A DNA stretch of 64,000 bases from an uncultured Clostridium sp. Its GTDB lineage: Bacteria > Bacillota > Clostridia > TANB77 > CAG-508. Shown piece after piece: positions 1 to 9,663 of this stretch. A model generated the notes under the pieces. That model ran no database searches and was not told the DNA's origin. It saw nothing but the letters and a program-made list of their open reading frames with translations. Both the position numbers and the translations under genes were made by a program. Numbering within the stretch: the first letter of the stretch is position 1; every line of letters begins with the position of its first letter. The stretch is from the NCBI GenBank assembly GCA_930987745.1, contig CAKNKX010000005.1, forward strand, positions 1,501 through 65,500. The letters run 5' to 3'.

Positions 1-907
1 TTTTTCCTTGTTCGATTGCCTCTATTACATAACTTGCAAGAGCTGCAAATTTTCTTGTTCCTAATGAATCAAATATAATACTTGGAACTGGTTGCCCCTT
101 ATAAACTGATACTATTTTTATCTGATCCATAAAGCTTTGATTTTTTAAAATTTTTTCATCTGCAACTTTTCCATCTATTTCAACATCTAAATCTTCCACA
201 TACATATAATCATCTAAATATAAATCAGCATTCTTAATAAACTCAACAACTTTTTTTGTTTCATCATTTTTGTTTTTTAGCATTTGTATTGTTTTTGAAT
301 TTGGTATTTTGTTCATATCTACTATTTCAATACTATTTGCTATACCTGTTAATATAGTTTTTATTTTCTCTAGTATTGGAAACTTTTCTATTTGTACTGT
401 ATATATTAAAATATTGTTATTAGAAGATATATTTAATACTTTTGCTAATTCTTCATCTTGTGGACATTCATATTTTTCATTAATTGTATCTTTTAAAAAT
501 ATTAATTCTTCTTTTTCATTATTATATTGATCTTTTACTATTTCACACATTTTTTCATATATATACATCATTTTTTTGTCATCAAACTTATATTCATAAG
601 AATATTCTTTTTTATCATATATGAACGACATAGCTTCTTCACAAATGTTATTATTTGTAAATATGTTTGAATCTAGATGTATTTCCTTATTTAGCAAAGT
701 ATTTTTAACTGCTTTTATACAATTTATAAAAGTTGTTTTTCCAGTATTGTTTGGTCCATAGATAGCTGCTGATTTCAATATATTTAGGTTATCATTTATA
801 TTAGTTATATTTGATGAGAATTTTTTTGTCCTCATATCTGCTTTTAAACTCATTTCTATAGGATTATTAAAAGCAAAACAATTATTAAATTTTAAACTTG
901 TTATCAT
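1..907 (-). CDS. P-loop ATPase, AAA15/ABC-like family (C-terminus beyond window edge)
   Basis: Hand translation of the minus strand from ATG 907..905 (GGAGG about 8 nt upstream) stays open to base 1: MITSLKFNNCFAF... Walker A 'IYGPNNTGKTT'. Absent from the ORF track because there is no stop inside the window. Confidence 0.6.
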   Translation of the reverse strand, partial: MITSLKFNNCFAFNNPIEMSLKADMRTKKFSSNITNINDNLNILKSAAIYGPNNTGKTTFINCIKAVKNTLLNKEIHLDSNIFTNNNICEEAMSFIYDKKEYSYEYKFDDKKMMYIYEKMCEIVKDQYNNEKEELIFLKDTINEKYECPQDEELAKVLNISSNNNILIYTVQIEKFPILEKIKTILTGIANSIEIVDMNKIPNSKTIQMLKNKNDETKKVVEFIKNADLYLDDYMYVEDLDVEIDGKVADEKILKNQSFMDQIKIVSVYKGQPVPSIIFDSLGTRKFAALASYVIEAIEQGK

Positions 908-1035
908 AATAAAAACCTCCAATTTGTTATTAGTATATCATACTTTTATTTTTTATGCAATAATAATGCACAAAAAATATTGCTTATTGTATAATATGCC
1001 CAAATTCACTAAAAATACACTTACATATTAAAAAA

Positions 1036-1085
1036 TTGTCGGAAATCTTCGTAAATGCCAAATGATTTACGAAATTTTCCGACAA
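1036..1085 (-). terminator. long hairpin (21-nt arms, 19/21 complementary) followed by a T-run on the minus strand
   Basis: TTGTCGGAAATCTTCGTAAAT (1036..1056) pairs with ATTTACGAAATTTTCCGACAA (1065..1085). On the minus strand the hairpin is followed by TTTTTTAATA. It lies downstream of the 1482..2963 gene. Confidence 0.5.
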
Positions 1086-1481
1086 GTGTTTATATAAAAT
1101 TTTTTTAAAAATATGTAAGTTGCTTTTTAATATTTATATTTCTATAGCACATTTTTTTGATTTTTACATTTTATAAAATATGTACTATAAATCTAGCTCT
1201 CAAAGTAAAATGCTAACCTTGAATTATCTCTAATATATTTCTCTTCAAAATTGTTATTGGTAAAATTTTTTATGATATTTCTTCAAAATTTTTGAGCTCT
1301 TTCATTCTTTATTAATGTCCTAACTTCCCATTTTCCTCTTCAAAAAAGCTAAGTTCATATGTATATAACTGCATTAAATTATAAATTACATTTTTATCTT
1401 TTTCTTCACCTTTTATTAAATCAAACTTCATTTTTTCCTCCTAATTTGTCAGATTATTTCTGACAAACTTAAATAATTTCA

Positions 1482-2963
1482 TTATTTTTTTAGAATTTCT
1501 ATCATCTTATTTATTTGACTAACATTATATTTAATCTCTCCTATAGACTGTTCAATCTCACTTTCGGCTATTTCTATTTCATCTTCTTTATAAGTATTTT
1601 CAATACATAATGACCTTTTAAAATTATAATCTAGCCACCCAAGACCGCCATAAATATCTGCATATATTATTTTTTTAATATTTGTATCAATTTCTTTTTT
1701 AGCATATTTTTTATAACTATTCACTACTATTTCAAATTTATTATAATCTAAGTTTTCTATATCTCCACCAGACCAATACCAAGCAACTTGTATTAATTCA
1801 ATAGTTGGATTTATATATCCACTAGCCTCCCAATCTATAATAAATGGTTTATATTCTTGCCACATTACATTTTTTCTATCAAGATCAGTATGGCTAATAA
1901 CTAAATTTTCATTAACATACTTAATTGCTTCATTTGATTTTTTATTTAATTCATATAATAAATCAATATTTTTCTCTAAAATATTTTGATAAGCTTTGTT
2001 TTCTTTCTTTGCCAATTCTAAATATGTATTCCAGTCAAATTGTTCTATATTAATCTTTTTTCTTTCATTATCTTCAATTTTCGAAAAATCGATATTGTGA
2101 ATTTTGGCTAGAATTTCTCCCACTATTTCACAATGTTTTTCTGTTATCTCTTCAGCTTTCAAGGTTTTACCTTCTATCCAATCAAATGCCATAAAATATC
2201 TATTATTTATTTTTCTCATAATATCATTGTTTTTTAATTTAATAGCTCCAATAGCTGTTATACCATTTTCTTTTACAATATCAGTAACTTTCTCTGAAAA
2301 TATAAAATTTGAATATGCATCTTGTCTTTTCATAACTCCAGAATTCAGTTCTTTTATTGCATATATGCCTTTATCAGTTACTACTTTATACATTCTATGA
2401 GATAATCCACCTGTTACTTTAGTTATACTCTTTACCAATGTTCCTAACTCTTCTTCTCCTATAAGAATTCCTATATCTTTTTCTAATTCAATCTTATCAA
2501 TATCCTTCAAATATAGGGTATATTCACTAGGATCAAACTCATCGCCATGTCCTTTATCTATTGCTTCATTAAATCCTAATTTAAAATATATATGTTTTGC
2601 TATTTCATTGTCATCTTCTACTCCTATTGTAAACTGTGTATATCCTTTTTTAATTAAATATTCTATACAATAATTAATTAATTTTTGTCCTAATCCTTGT
2701 CCCTGATATTTTTTGTCCACTCTAAATGCTTGTAAATATACTCTTTTATTTGGTATTGTTTCTGTTTCCAATTCATCATTTTTATAACTAACTGTTATTT
2801 CTCCAATAACCTTTTCATCTTCCTCAATTACAAACACATCTATCTCTTTCTTTCCAAATTGTTCTAACCTTTTCTTTTTATACTTAATCCACATTTCATT
2901 ATTATCAGGAAACAAAGTTTTTAATTTTTCAAATTCTTCTTTTTTTATTTTTCTAATATTCAT
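1482..2963 (-). CDS. bifunctional-architecture GNAT N-acetyltransferase / aminoglycoside-type phosphotransferase (APH) fusion
   Basis: The N-terminal ~160 aa carry the GNAT acetyl-CoA motif 'RVDKKYQGQGLGQKLI'. The C-terminal ~330 aa carry kinase-fold motifs 'HTDLDRKNVMW' (HxDxxxxN) and 'IIDWEASGY'. ATG at 2963 is preceded by AAAGGTG; the ORF-track start at 2972 is a GTG. Confidence 0.75.
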   Translation of the reverse strand: MNIRKIKKEEFEKLKTLFPDNNEMWIKYKKKRLEQFGKKEIDVFVIEEDEKVIGEITVSYKNDELETETIPNKRVYLQAFRVDKKYQGQGLGQKLINYCIEYLIKKGYTQFTIGVEDDNEIAKHIYFKLGFNEAIDKGHGDEFDPSEYTLYLKDIDKIELEKDIGILIGEEELGTLVKSITKVTGGLSHRMYKVVTDKGIYAIKELNSGVMKRQDAYSNFIFSEKVTDIVKENGITAIGAIKLKNNDIMRKINNRYFMAFDWIEGKTLKAEEITEKHCEIVGEILAKIHNIDFSKIEDNERKKINIEQFDWNTYLELAKKENKAYQNILEKNIDLLYELNKKSNEAIKYVNENLVISHTDLDRKNVMWQEYKPFIIDWEASGYINPTIELIQVAWYWSGGDIENLDYNKFEIVVNSYKKYAKKEIDTNIKKIIYADIYGGLGWLDYNFKRSLCIENTYKEDEIEIAESEIEQSIGEIKYNVSQINKMIEILKK

Positions 2964-3205
2964 TATTTTCACCTTTGCACTTTTTTCATTTTTATTACTA
3001 TACCATAGAAATTAATAATTTACAATGAATTGAAAATATATCGATTCTTATCGTTGCTTAATTGCCACAAAATCTTCAACAAAGATAATGTCAAGAGCGA
3101 ATGAATTGAGTCTATTTACTCTTGATATTATTTTTATTGGAGATTAAACTTATTTTGCAAAGATTATATCACGAATTTTCTTAAATTTTCGTGATATAAA
3201 ATTCC

Positions 3206-3278
3206 ATAGGACGAAAATCTTGATTTTTCCGTTCTATAAATTTTTGTAGGACGGATTTTTGCAATTTTTCGTCCTATA
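3206..3278. repeat. two tandem imperfect hairpins built from four copies of TAGGACG(A/G)AAAAT-like units
   Basis: ataggacgaaaat (3206..3218) with its inverted copy ttttccgttctat (3225..3237); taggacgg (3248..) with cgtccta (..3277). Lies just downstream of the HD-domain gene stop (3312). Confidence 0.5.
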
Positions 3279-3311
3279 GATTCTATAGGTCAATTTTTTT
3301 ATTTATATGTT

Positions 3312-3881
3312 CTAATTAACAAATAATACATCGACTATATTCTTATATCTATTTTTTAATAATTCTCTAGTTCTTGGACTTAACTTATTATAATCTCTTT
3401 CTAATTTTCTTCTTACATATTCTTTTCCATCTGATATAGATAAATTCATTTCCTTATAAACTAAAGAAAACAATGATGGTATGCAATCAAAATGTGCTAT
3501 TACATCTGCATCTGCCACACATTGTTCTTCAATCGTATTTCGTGGTCTATCTTTACTACCTCTATGATTTAATACACAATTTTTAACTTGTTCTATTCTT
3601 TCTTTTGGATAATTTAATTCTGTTAATAATTGTTCTGCAATTTCTGCTCCATAAATATGATGTTGCTCTCTTTCTCCATACTCTGATGGCATTGCTATGT
3701 CGTGCAATAATGCTCCTAATTCCACTATTTCTATATCTGCTCCATATTTTTTTGCTAATTCTATTCCATTCTCCACAACATATTTTATATGTTCATTCCA
3801 AAAGTCATATCCATCTTTTTCTTTTGACTTTTCACATCTAATTAATAATTCTTGTTTAATTTTTTCTGTTATTTCACTCAC
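3312..3881 (-). CDS. HD-domain phosphohydrolase
   Basis: 189-aa ORF with 'GALLHDIAM' (the HD dyad) and downstream His/Asp residues ('VLNHRG', 'DADVIAHFD'). Confidence 0.75.
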   Translation of the reverse strand: MSEITEKIKQELLIRCEKSKEKDGYDFWNEHIKYVVENGIELAKKYGADIEIVELGALLHDIAMPSEYGEREQHHIYGAEIAEQLLTELNYPKERIEQVKNCVLNHRGSKDRPRNTIEEQCVADADVIAHFDCIPSLFSLVYKEMNLSISDGKEYVRRKLERDYNKLSPRTRELLKNRYKNIVDVLFVN

Positions 3882-3962
3882 TTATTATTCCTCCAATTTA
3901 TAATTTACACCTAACTACTTTTCTTATTGGCTTATCTATTTAATATTCTCTCAAATCTAATT

Positions 3963-4415
3963 TTATAAATCATTTTCTATATTTTCCATTTGATAATGTG
4001 TTTCTGTTTCTCCATATACTTTAAATCCTAATTGTTCATATAACTTTTTTGCCGGGTTTTCTTTAAATACCTGTAAAATTGTTCTAATTCCTTTTTGATG
4101 ATTTTCTTTTAATTGTTCTTCTAGAATCTTTTTTCCTATTCCCTTATTTTGATATTCTTTTAATATACTTATTTCATTTATAAATAAATCTCCATCTTGA
4201 GTTGTATGTACTGCATATATTCCTATTGGCTTATCATCGACTAAGATAATTCTTTTATGATTCAAATGCTCTTTTAAATCTTGTTTTAATCTTTCTTTTT
4301 GATCATTGTCTTTCCAACCCCAAAATTCATCAACATACCATTTAAAATTCTCTTTTTTCAATTTAAATAGAAAATCAAAATCTTCTAATGTACAATTTCT
4401 AAAAGTATATTTCAT
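3963..4415 (-). CDS. GNAT family N-acetyltransferase
   Basis: 150 aa; 'ILKEYQNKGIGKKILEEQL' matches the GNAT Q/RxxGxG/A acetyl-CoA motif. Confidence 0.75.
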   Translation of the reverse strand: MKYTFRNCTLEDFDFLFKLKKENFKWYVDEFWGWKDNDQKERLKQDLKEHLNHKRIILVDDKPIGIYAVHTTQDGDLFINEISILKEYQNKGIGKKILEEQLKENHQKGIRTILQVFKENPAKKLYEQLGFKVYGETETHYQMENIENDL

Positions 4416-4435
4416 TATTTACCTTTCCTCTCTTT

Positions 4436-4954
4436 TTATTTTAAATAACTATATTTTTCACTTACAATTCTATATAATTCTTTTGCACCATTGCTTAATT
4501 CATTTTCGTCAACTTCGCCAATTTTATATCTCTCATATCCTAAACATTTATCTGGCTCTGCTATTTTTAATTGACCACTTTCTAGATTTCCTTTATAGAC
4601 AAGATATATCCATAATTGTTCTTTATTATATCTCGTATCATATGTTTTTGCATAAGTAGAAATTATAAAATCTTCTATTTCAATATTTGCATCTGTTCCA
4701 ACTTCTTCTGTGATTTCTCTTTGTAAGGCTCTTCTAAAATCTATATCATTTTTCTTTACTCTTCCTCCTATAGTTTCCAATTTCAATTGTTCATCTCGAC
4801 AACCTAAACCTCTTCTTTGAAATATTATTTTATTTTCTTTATCAAAGGCATATACAATAACTGCAACCTCATATTCTTTTGACACTGAATCATTATTTTT
4901 TACTATTTCCTCTAATTCTTTCATATTTTTTACTTCATTTGAAAATAATATCAT
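4436..4954 (-). CDS. Nudix hydrolase
   Basis: Nudix box 'GGRVKKNDIDFRRALQREITEEVG'. ATG at 4954 is preceded by TGGAGGA; the ORF-track start at 4972 is a GTG. Confidence 0.8.
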   Translation of the reverse strand: MILFSNEVKNMKELEEIVKNNDSVSKEYEVAVIVYAFDKENKIIFQRRGLGCRDEQLKLETIGGRVKKNDIDFRRALQREITEEVGTDANIEIEDFIISTYAKTYDTRYNKEQLWIYLVYKGNLESGQLKIAEPDKCLGYERYKIGEVDENELSNGAKELYRIVSEKYSYLK

Positions 4955-5015
4955 TTTAATCCTCCAATACACCCTATTTATTTATCTTTTAATACAATTT
5001 ATTAAAATTTGTTTA

Positions 5016-5567
5016 TTAAATATAATTCACTATATCTTCAAAAGTATCATATCCACTTTCACTATTGATGTGTCCTGCTTTTGGAATAAAAACTTGCTCT
5101 GTTGCAATTTTATCTGCAAAATCTTTTTCAACTTCATATTTTACATATGGATCATTATCTGAATAGAAACAAATTATTTCATTTGAATATTGTTTTACAT
5201 CTTCTAAGTTATCAAAATACATTGATTTATTAACTGCATCATATTCTTCATTTAATCCTAGATAATTATTAAATCCACATACAAATATTAATTTTTTAGC
5301 TTTTACTTTATTTTCTACTAAAAATTTTGATATAAATACTGGTGCAATGCTATGACCTATAATTGTAGTATTCTCATTTATTAAACCTAAATCCAAATAA
5401 TATTTAAGCAATTTACTCCAATTTTCATAATTTTGATATCCTACTCCAATTGGAAAGTCTGGTACATATACTTGTTTCCCTTCATCTTCTATAAACTCAT
5501 GTAACCATCCTATCCAATTTGAATACGGACTACTAAATGAGCCATGTATTATAAAATAATTTTCCAT
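5016..5567 (-). CDS. alpha/beta serine hydrolase, YdeN/RBBP9-like
   Basis: 183 aa; nucleophile elbow 'IIGHSIA', C-terminal 'KAGHIN'. Size and layout are typical of the YdeN family. Confidence 0.6.
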   Translation of the reverse strand: MENYFIIHGSFSSPYSNWIGWLHEFIEDEGKQVYVPDFPIGVGYQNYENWSKLLKYYLDLGLINENTTIIGHSIAPVFISKFLVENKVKAKKLIFVCGFNNYLGLNEEYDAVNKSMYFDNLEDVKQYSNEIICFYSDNDPYVKYEVEKDFADKIATEQVFIPKAGHINSESGYDTFEDIVNYI

Positions 5568-5693
5568 ATGCTTACCTCTCTTCCAATTTATAATTTACAC
5601 TTAATATTTTTTCTTTCTCGTCTACTTGTATCTGCATTTTAAATTTACATTTTTCATCAGTTAAACCTTTAATAAAAAATCTATCTAAAATCA

Positions 5694-6056
5694 TTATATT
5701 AGATATATTTTTTCTTTTTTCAATAATTCATTAATTTCTATCCATTCTGATGTATTTTCTTCAAAGTCTTGTGGTTTTCCTTCACATTCATTACATATAA
5801 ATATATCAAAATCAAATATTCTATTTGGATATTCAATAATCATATTTCCCTTATATTTTAAGTTTCTAATTTTTAGTCCTGTTTCCTCGCGCATTTCTCT
5901 TATAACTGTCTGTTCTGGAATTTCTCCTTCTTCAATTTTCCCACCTGGTATTTCATAATATCCTGCTTTTTTATTTCCTTCTTTATATTTTGTTACTACT
6001 ACTTTATTATCTTTTATTAAAAAGCATCTAACTGCTTTTCTTATTGGCTTATCCAT
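5694..6056 (-). CDS. Nudix hydrolase (MutT-like, small)
   Basis: 120 aa; Nudix box 'GGKIEEGEIPEQTVIREMREETG'. Confidence 0.8.
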   Translation of the reverse strand: MDKPIRKAVRCFLIKDNKVVVTKYKEGNKKAGYYEIPGGKIEEGEIPEQTVIREMREETGLKIRNLKYKGNMIIEYPNRIFDFDIFICNECEGKPQDFEENTSEWIEINELLKKEKIYLI

Positions 6057-6096
6057 TATTTTCTCCTACCTTATCTTAAATTTTTATAATTTATAT

Positions 6097-6666
6097 TTAT
6101 AATAATTCTTTCTTTACATCTAACCAATTATTTACTCTTATTATGCCTTTTTCTTCAAGTTCTTCATCAGTTAACTTTTTATTTCTAAACTCTGTAAATA
6201 ATAACTTCTTATCACAATTTTCTAAATTAGATAGTCTATCATCAATTCCTATATCATATCTTATTTTTGTTTTATCTGTCATGAATATAAAATTATTTGT
6301 GTCAATAAAAGGCAACCAATAATGTAAATATTCAAACTTATTCTTCAAGTTAGTAGATGCATCAATTACATTTTCTTTCCAAATATAAGCCGTCGCAATA
6401 TAAACATCATATTTTCTATTTAACTCTTGCATTACTTCAACACAATTAGGTAATGGCTCAATATAATCTTCATTATCATTTTTATATAAATTTTTATATT
6501 GATATATCTGTTTAAATTCTTCTTCTCTTCCTTTTATTAAATCTTGCCTATATTGACTATGTAATTGATTAAAATCTACTTTTCCTAAGAATTCTACTAG
6601 GAACTCCGAAAATCTTCCTATTACAATAACTTCATCCATATCAATCATAATAGATTTTTTATACAT
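6097..6666 (-). CDS. HAD-superfamily 5'(3')-deoxyribonucleotidase-like protein
   Basis: 'IMIDMDEVIV' is the DxDxV/T HAD motif I, with 'IGIDDR' near the C-terminus. ATG at 6666 is preceded by GTGGAGGAAAA. Confidence 0.6.
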   Translation of the reverse strand: MYKKSIMIDMDEVIVIGRFSEFLVEFLGKVDFNQLHSQYRQDLIKGREEEFKQIYQYKNLYKNDNEDYIEPLPNCVEVMQELNRKYDVYIATAYIWKENVIDASTNLKNKFEYLHYWLPFIDTNNFIFMTDKTKIRYDIGIDDRLSNLENCDKKLLFTEFRNKKLTDEELEEKGIIRVNNWLDVKKELL

Positions 6667-6685
6667 TTTTATTTTCCTCCACTTT

Positions 6686-7096
6686 TCACATTTTACATTC
6701 CTCTTCATAATTCCAAATACTTAAATGTCCTTTGGCTTTTATTGGATTGTCTAGCACTTGAATATTTTCTAAAATCCAAGCATATCTTCCTTCTTCATAT
6801 ATTCCACAAATATATTCTTGATGATTATTAATTTTCATATTTTCTACATATTCTTTAGTCATATAAATACAATCTACTAAATTACATTTACAAATTATAT
6901 TTCCAAAGTTTAAAGGAATATTATTTACTAATGCCATAAGTTCTTTATCATTCTTCCAATCTTTTGGAATAGCAGTGGAACTAGCATGAATATATAACTC
7001 TCCTCTATATGAAGTTTTCCAACTTCTTGTTTCTACTAATTTCTTCTTTTCTTTAATTAAAGTAGCATATGGTTCTGTTAAACTTAATACTTTCAT
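6686..7096 (-). CDS. ASCH-domain protein
   Basis: 136 aa; the N-terminus 'MKVLSLTEPYATLIKEKKKLVETRSW' is typical of ASCH/PUA-like domains. Confidence 0.55.
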   Translation of the reverse strand: MKVLSLTEPYATLIKEKKKLVETRSWKTSYRGELYIHASSTAIPKDWKNDKELMALVNNIPLNFGNIICKCNLVDCIYMTKEYVENMKINNHQEYICGIYEEGRYAWILENIQVLDNPIKAKGHLSIWNYEEECKM

Positions 7097-7138
7097 TATA
7101 TTAGATCTCCAATTTTACTTTGATTTTTTTATTTTCTT

Positions 7139-7507
7139 CTAACTATTTTTTATTTCTCTGCCTATCCAAGACATTATTACATTTACAATATAATCTTTTT
7201 GTTCTTCATTCAGTTCTATTCCTTTTGGTATTTTATGCCATTTGTATAAACAACCTCTACAACAAGTTGCAGTTGCATGTTGTGCTATAAATACAGGATG
7301 TCCTCTCATTGGCGTTTGTTTTCCATCATTTGGTATGGATTCTGGTGCTAATCTTTTATTTATAAAGTCATATGTATGTTCTCTAATTTTATCTATTCCT
7401 TTTTCTTTTATATAATCTTTGTCTTTTTGTTTTAAATGAAATTTACTTCTGAAGTTTGATTTTGACAAACTATTTAGTATATTTTCTATACTTGTAGATA
7501 ATTTCAT
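7139..7507 (-). CDS. DUF4186-family protein
   Basis: 122 aa with 'HPVFIAQHATATCCRGCLYKWHKIP', the signature segment of DUF4186. Confidence 0.6.
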   Translation of the reverse strand: MKLSTSIENILNSLSKSNFRSKFHLKQKDKDYIKEKGIDKIREHTYDFINKRLAPESIPNDGKQTPMRGHPVFIAQHATATCCRGCLYKWHKIPKGIELNEEQKDYIVNVIMSWIGREIKNS

Positions 7508-7556
7508 ATTTTCTCCTTTCTGTCTCTATAAAATAAATAGTCCAGCTTCTAATCCA

Positions 7557-8099
7557 TTAATTTTTATTTCTCAAATTATATTTATCAATATTTTCTTTAG
7601 TTGCAAATCCATTAGGCCCTTTTACTTTTTCTAAAAATACGATTCCGTCTAAATGGTCACATTCATGTTGCACTAATCTTGCAAAAAATCCAGTTATTTG
7701 TTTTACTATTTTTTCTCCATTTTCATTATAATAAGTCAATTCTATATTCTTATATCTTTCTACTTTTCCTCTGATACTAGGAACACTCATACATCCTTCA
7801 TATTGCACATCTGTATCTTCTGATAATTTCTTCCAAGTTGGATTAATCATTGCTGTTATTGGTATTTCTTCTGCATCATTATATTTTATATTTTCTTTTT
7901 TAGCTCCTACTACAATAATTCTTTTATCTAACCCTATTTGAGGTGCTGAAATTCCTAATCCCGTTCCAAACTCTAGTGTTGATTTTAAATCTTCTATAAT
8001 GTCTATAATATCTCCATTAATATTTTTTATATTAATTTCATTGCATTGTTTTTCAAGAATAGGGTCTCCTACTTCTCTTACTTTTAATACTTTACCCAT
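7557..8099 (-). CDS. def: peptide deformylase
   Basis: Motifs 'GLGISAPQIG', 'EGCMSVP' and 'HECDHLDG'. The start is set at the internal ATG (MGKVLKVREVGDPIL); the N-terminal extension in the ORF track is unlike Def. Confidence 0.9.
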   Translation of the reverse strand: MGKVLKVREVGDPILEKQCNEINIKNINGDIIDIIEDLKSTLEFGTGLGISAPQIGLDKRIIVVGAKKENIKYNDAEEIPITAMINPTWKKLSEDTDVQYEGCMSVPSIRGKVERYKNIELTYYNENGEKIVKQITGFFARLVQHECDHLDGIVFLEKVKGPNGFATKENIDKYNLRNKN

Positions 8100-8172
8100 A
8101 TTTTTCTCACTTTCTTTTAACTTATTTCTCAAACTCATTCTTTCTTTAAAGAATGCATAGAAATATCTTATA

Positions 8173-8619
8173 TTATAATTTATATTTTTTATCATGAAAA
8201 ACATCTAAAGGATATATTTTTTTATCTTCAAAATCCTTAATATCTTGAATAGCAGTGTCATAACCTCTTAATTCTCGATTTGTCATATTTTTTACTTTTT
8301 CAATGTCTAACCACTTTACATCTAATATTTCTTTTGTATCAAATTTAATATTTTCATCTATGATGTCTGCTGTAAATTTTACAATTATAGCAGTCTCTTC
8401 TTCTTTTAGAATTGCCGTACTTATTGGTAAGACACCTGTAAGTTTTACTTTGCATCCAGTTTCTTCATATGCTTCTCTTATTGCCGCTTCGGTTATTAAT
8501 TCATTTTCTTCTACATGTCCTGCTGGAAAATTCCATTGTCCATAGCATTTCTTTTTTGCCTCTTTTACCATTAATATTTTATTATCTCTTACTATTAAAC
8601 AACCTGCGATAACTACCAT
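8173..8619 (-). CDS. Nudix hydrolase
   Basis: 148 aa; Nudix box 'AGHVEENELITEAAIREAYEETG'. Confidence 0.8.
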   Translation of the reverse strand: MVVIAGCLIVRDNKILMVKEAKKKCYGQWNFPAGHVEENELITEAAIREAYEETGCKVKLTGVLPISTAILKEEETAIIVKFTADIIDENIKFDTKEILDVKWLDIEKVKNMTNRELRGYDTAIQDIKDFEDKKIYPLDVFHDKKYKL

Positions 8620-8706
8620 ATTCTCCTCCTATAATTTAATGATTTCTAAATTATTTGCTACATAAATATTTGCTTTGATTTTTTTCTTTATTTGTATATA
8701 TAATTT

Positions 8707-9252
8707 TTAATTATTAGATAATTTATCCATTTCTATATAGTTTTTTAGTATTTTACTGTCTCTTAGTACAACAAATTTTGTACTATAAATAGATTCATAT
8801 TTTGATGCAACTAATTTATCAAAACATTCTGCTATAAGTTCTAGTGCCTTTTCAGGAGTTTCCCACAACAATTTAGCTCCTTCATCTTTTTCTTTCTCTG
8901 TTACATTTAATCGCTTAGTATCTTTTAAAACTTTACCTACAAACACATAAGAAGTCTGTTTAAAATTATTTAGCGACTTGTATTCCTCTGTTGTTCCTAA
9001 AGTTTCTATTATTTCTATCTCACAACCAGTTTCTTCTAAAACTTCTCTTTTAAATGCTTCCTCTGGCTTTTCTTCTCCTTCTAATCCTCCACCAGGTAAT
9101 TTATACTCATTTTTATTAGTTTTATTAAATATAGCAATCTTTCCATCGTCTCTTAAAACAATGCCTCTTGCTCCTAATCTTAATTTAGGATTTTCCATAT
9201 TAATAGTTTTTTCTCCAATATCTTCGTCCGTTATCTTACATATTAATTTCAT
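8707..9252 (-). CDS. Nudix hydrolase
   Basis: 181 aa; Nudix box 'GGGLEGEEKPEEAFKREVLEETG'. Confidence 0.8.
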   Translation of the reverse strand: MKLICKITDEDIGEKTINMENPKLRLGARGIVLRDDGKIAIFNKTNKNEYKLPGGGLEGEEKPEEAFKREVLEETGCEIEIIETLGTTEEYKSLNNFKQTSYVFVGKVLKDTKRLNVTEKEKDEGAKLLWETPEKALELIAECFDKLVASKYESIYSTKFVVLRDSKILKNYIEMDKLSNN

Positions 9253-9663
9253 AATCTTACACTCCTAACTCTCTAGCCACACTATATCACAAATTTACAT
9301 TTTCCTCAACAAATTCAGTAAAATTCGCATTAAATATATGAGATTTTTGAGCAAAAAATAAAGCACCTTTAAAGGCACTTTACTTAGGATTCTCTTTAAC
9401 TATTTAAATTTTATTTTATAAATTTATATGTTCATCAACATTGGGCCATATCATATGGGGAGTACCCAACATAGATATATAATCTCTGTAATCCACTTAC
9501 AGCAACTATTATATCAATTTTCAAGTTTCATTTTATATGTTTCCACATTCCATATCTAAAACAACCTTAACATTAATTTCAGAATTTTGTACTTTTTCTA
9601 GTCCAAATCTACCTCTTTTATGAAACATAATTGTATTTTGAAAGCTAGTAAATTCAAGTATTA

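Noticed and set aside
1312-1431. 39-aa ORF with a good RBS (MKFDLIKGEEKDKNVIYNLMQLYTYELSFFEEENGKLGH*)
   Set aside because: It resembles only the N-terminal third of a GNAT-type acetyltransferase and is followed by two stops and no continuation in any frame. It is probably a gene remnant and too weak to list as a feature. There is no CGG at the break.
9300-9660. 360-bp gap between the Nudix gene and rlmCD, checked for an RNA gene or small CDS
   Set aside because: Only a 31-codon ORF (MFHKRGRFGLEKVQNSEINVKVVLDMECGNI*) is present. There is no tRNA-like T-loop (GTTCGAATC type) and no convincing structure, so it is left unannotated.
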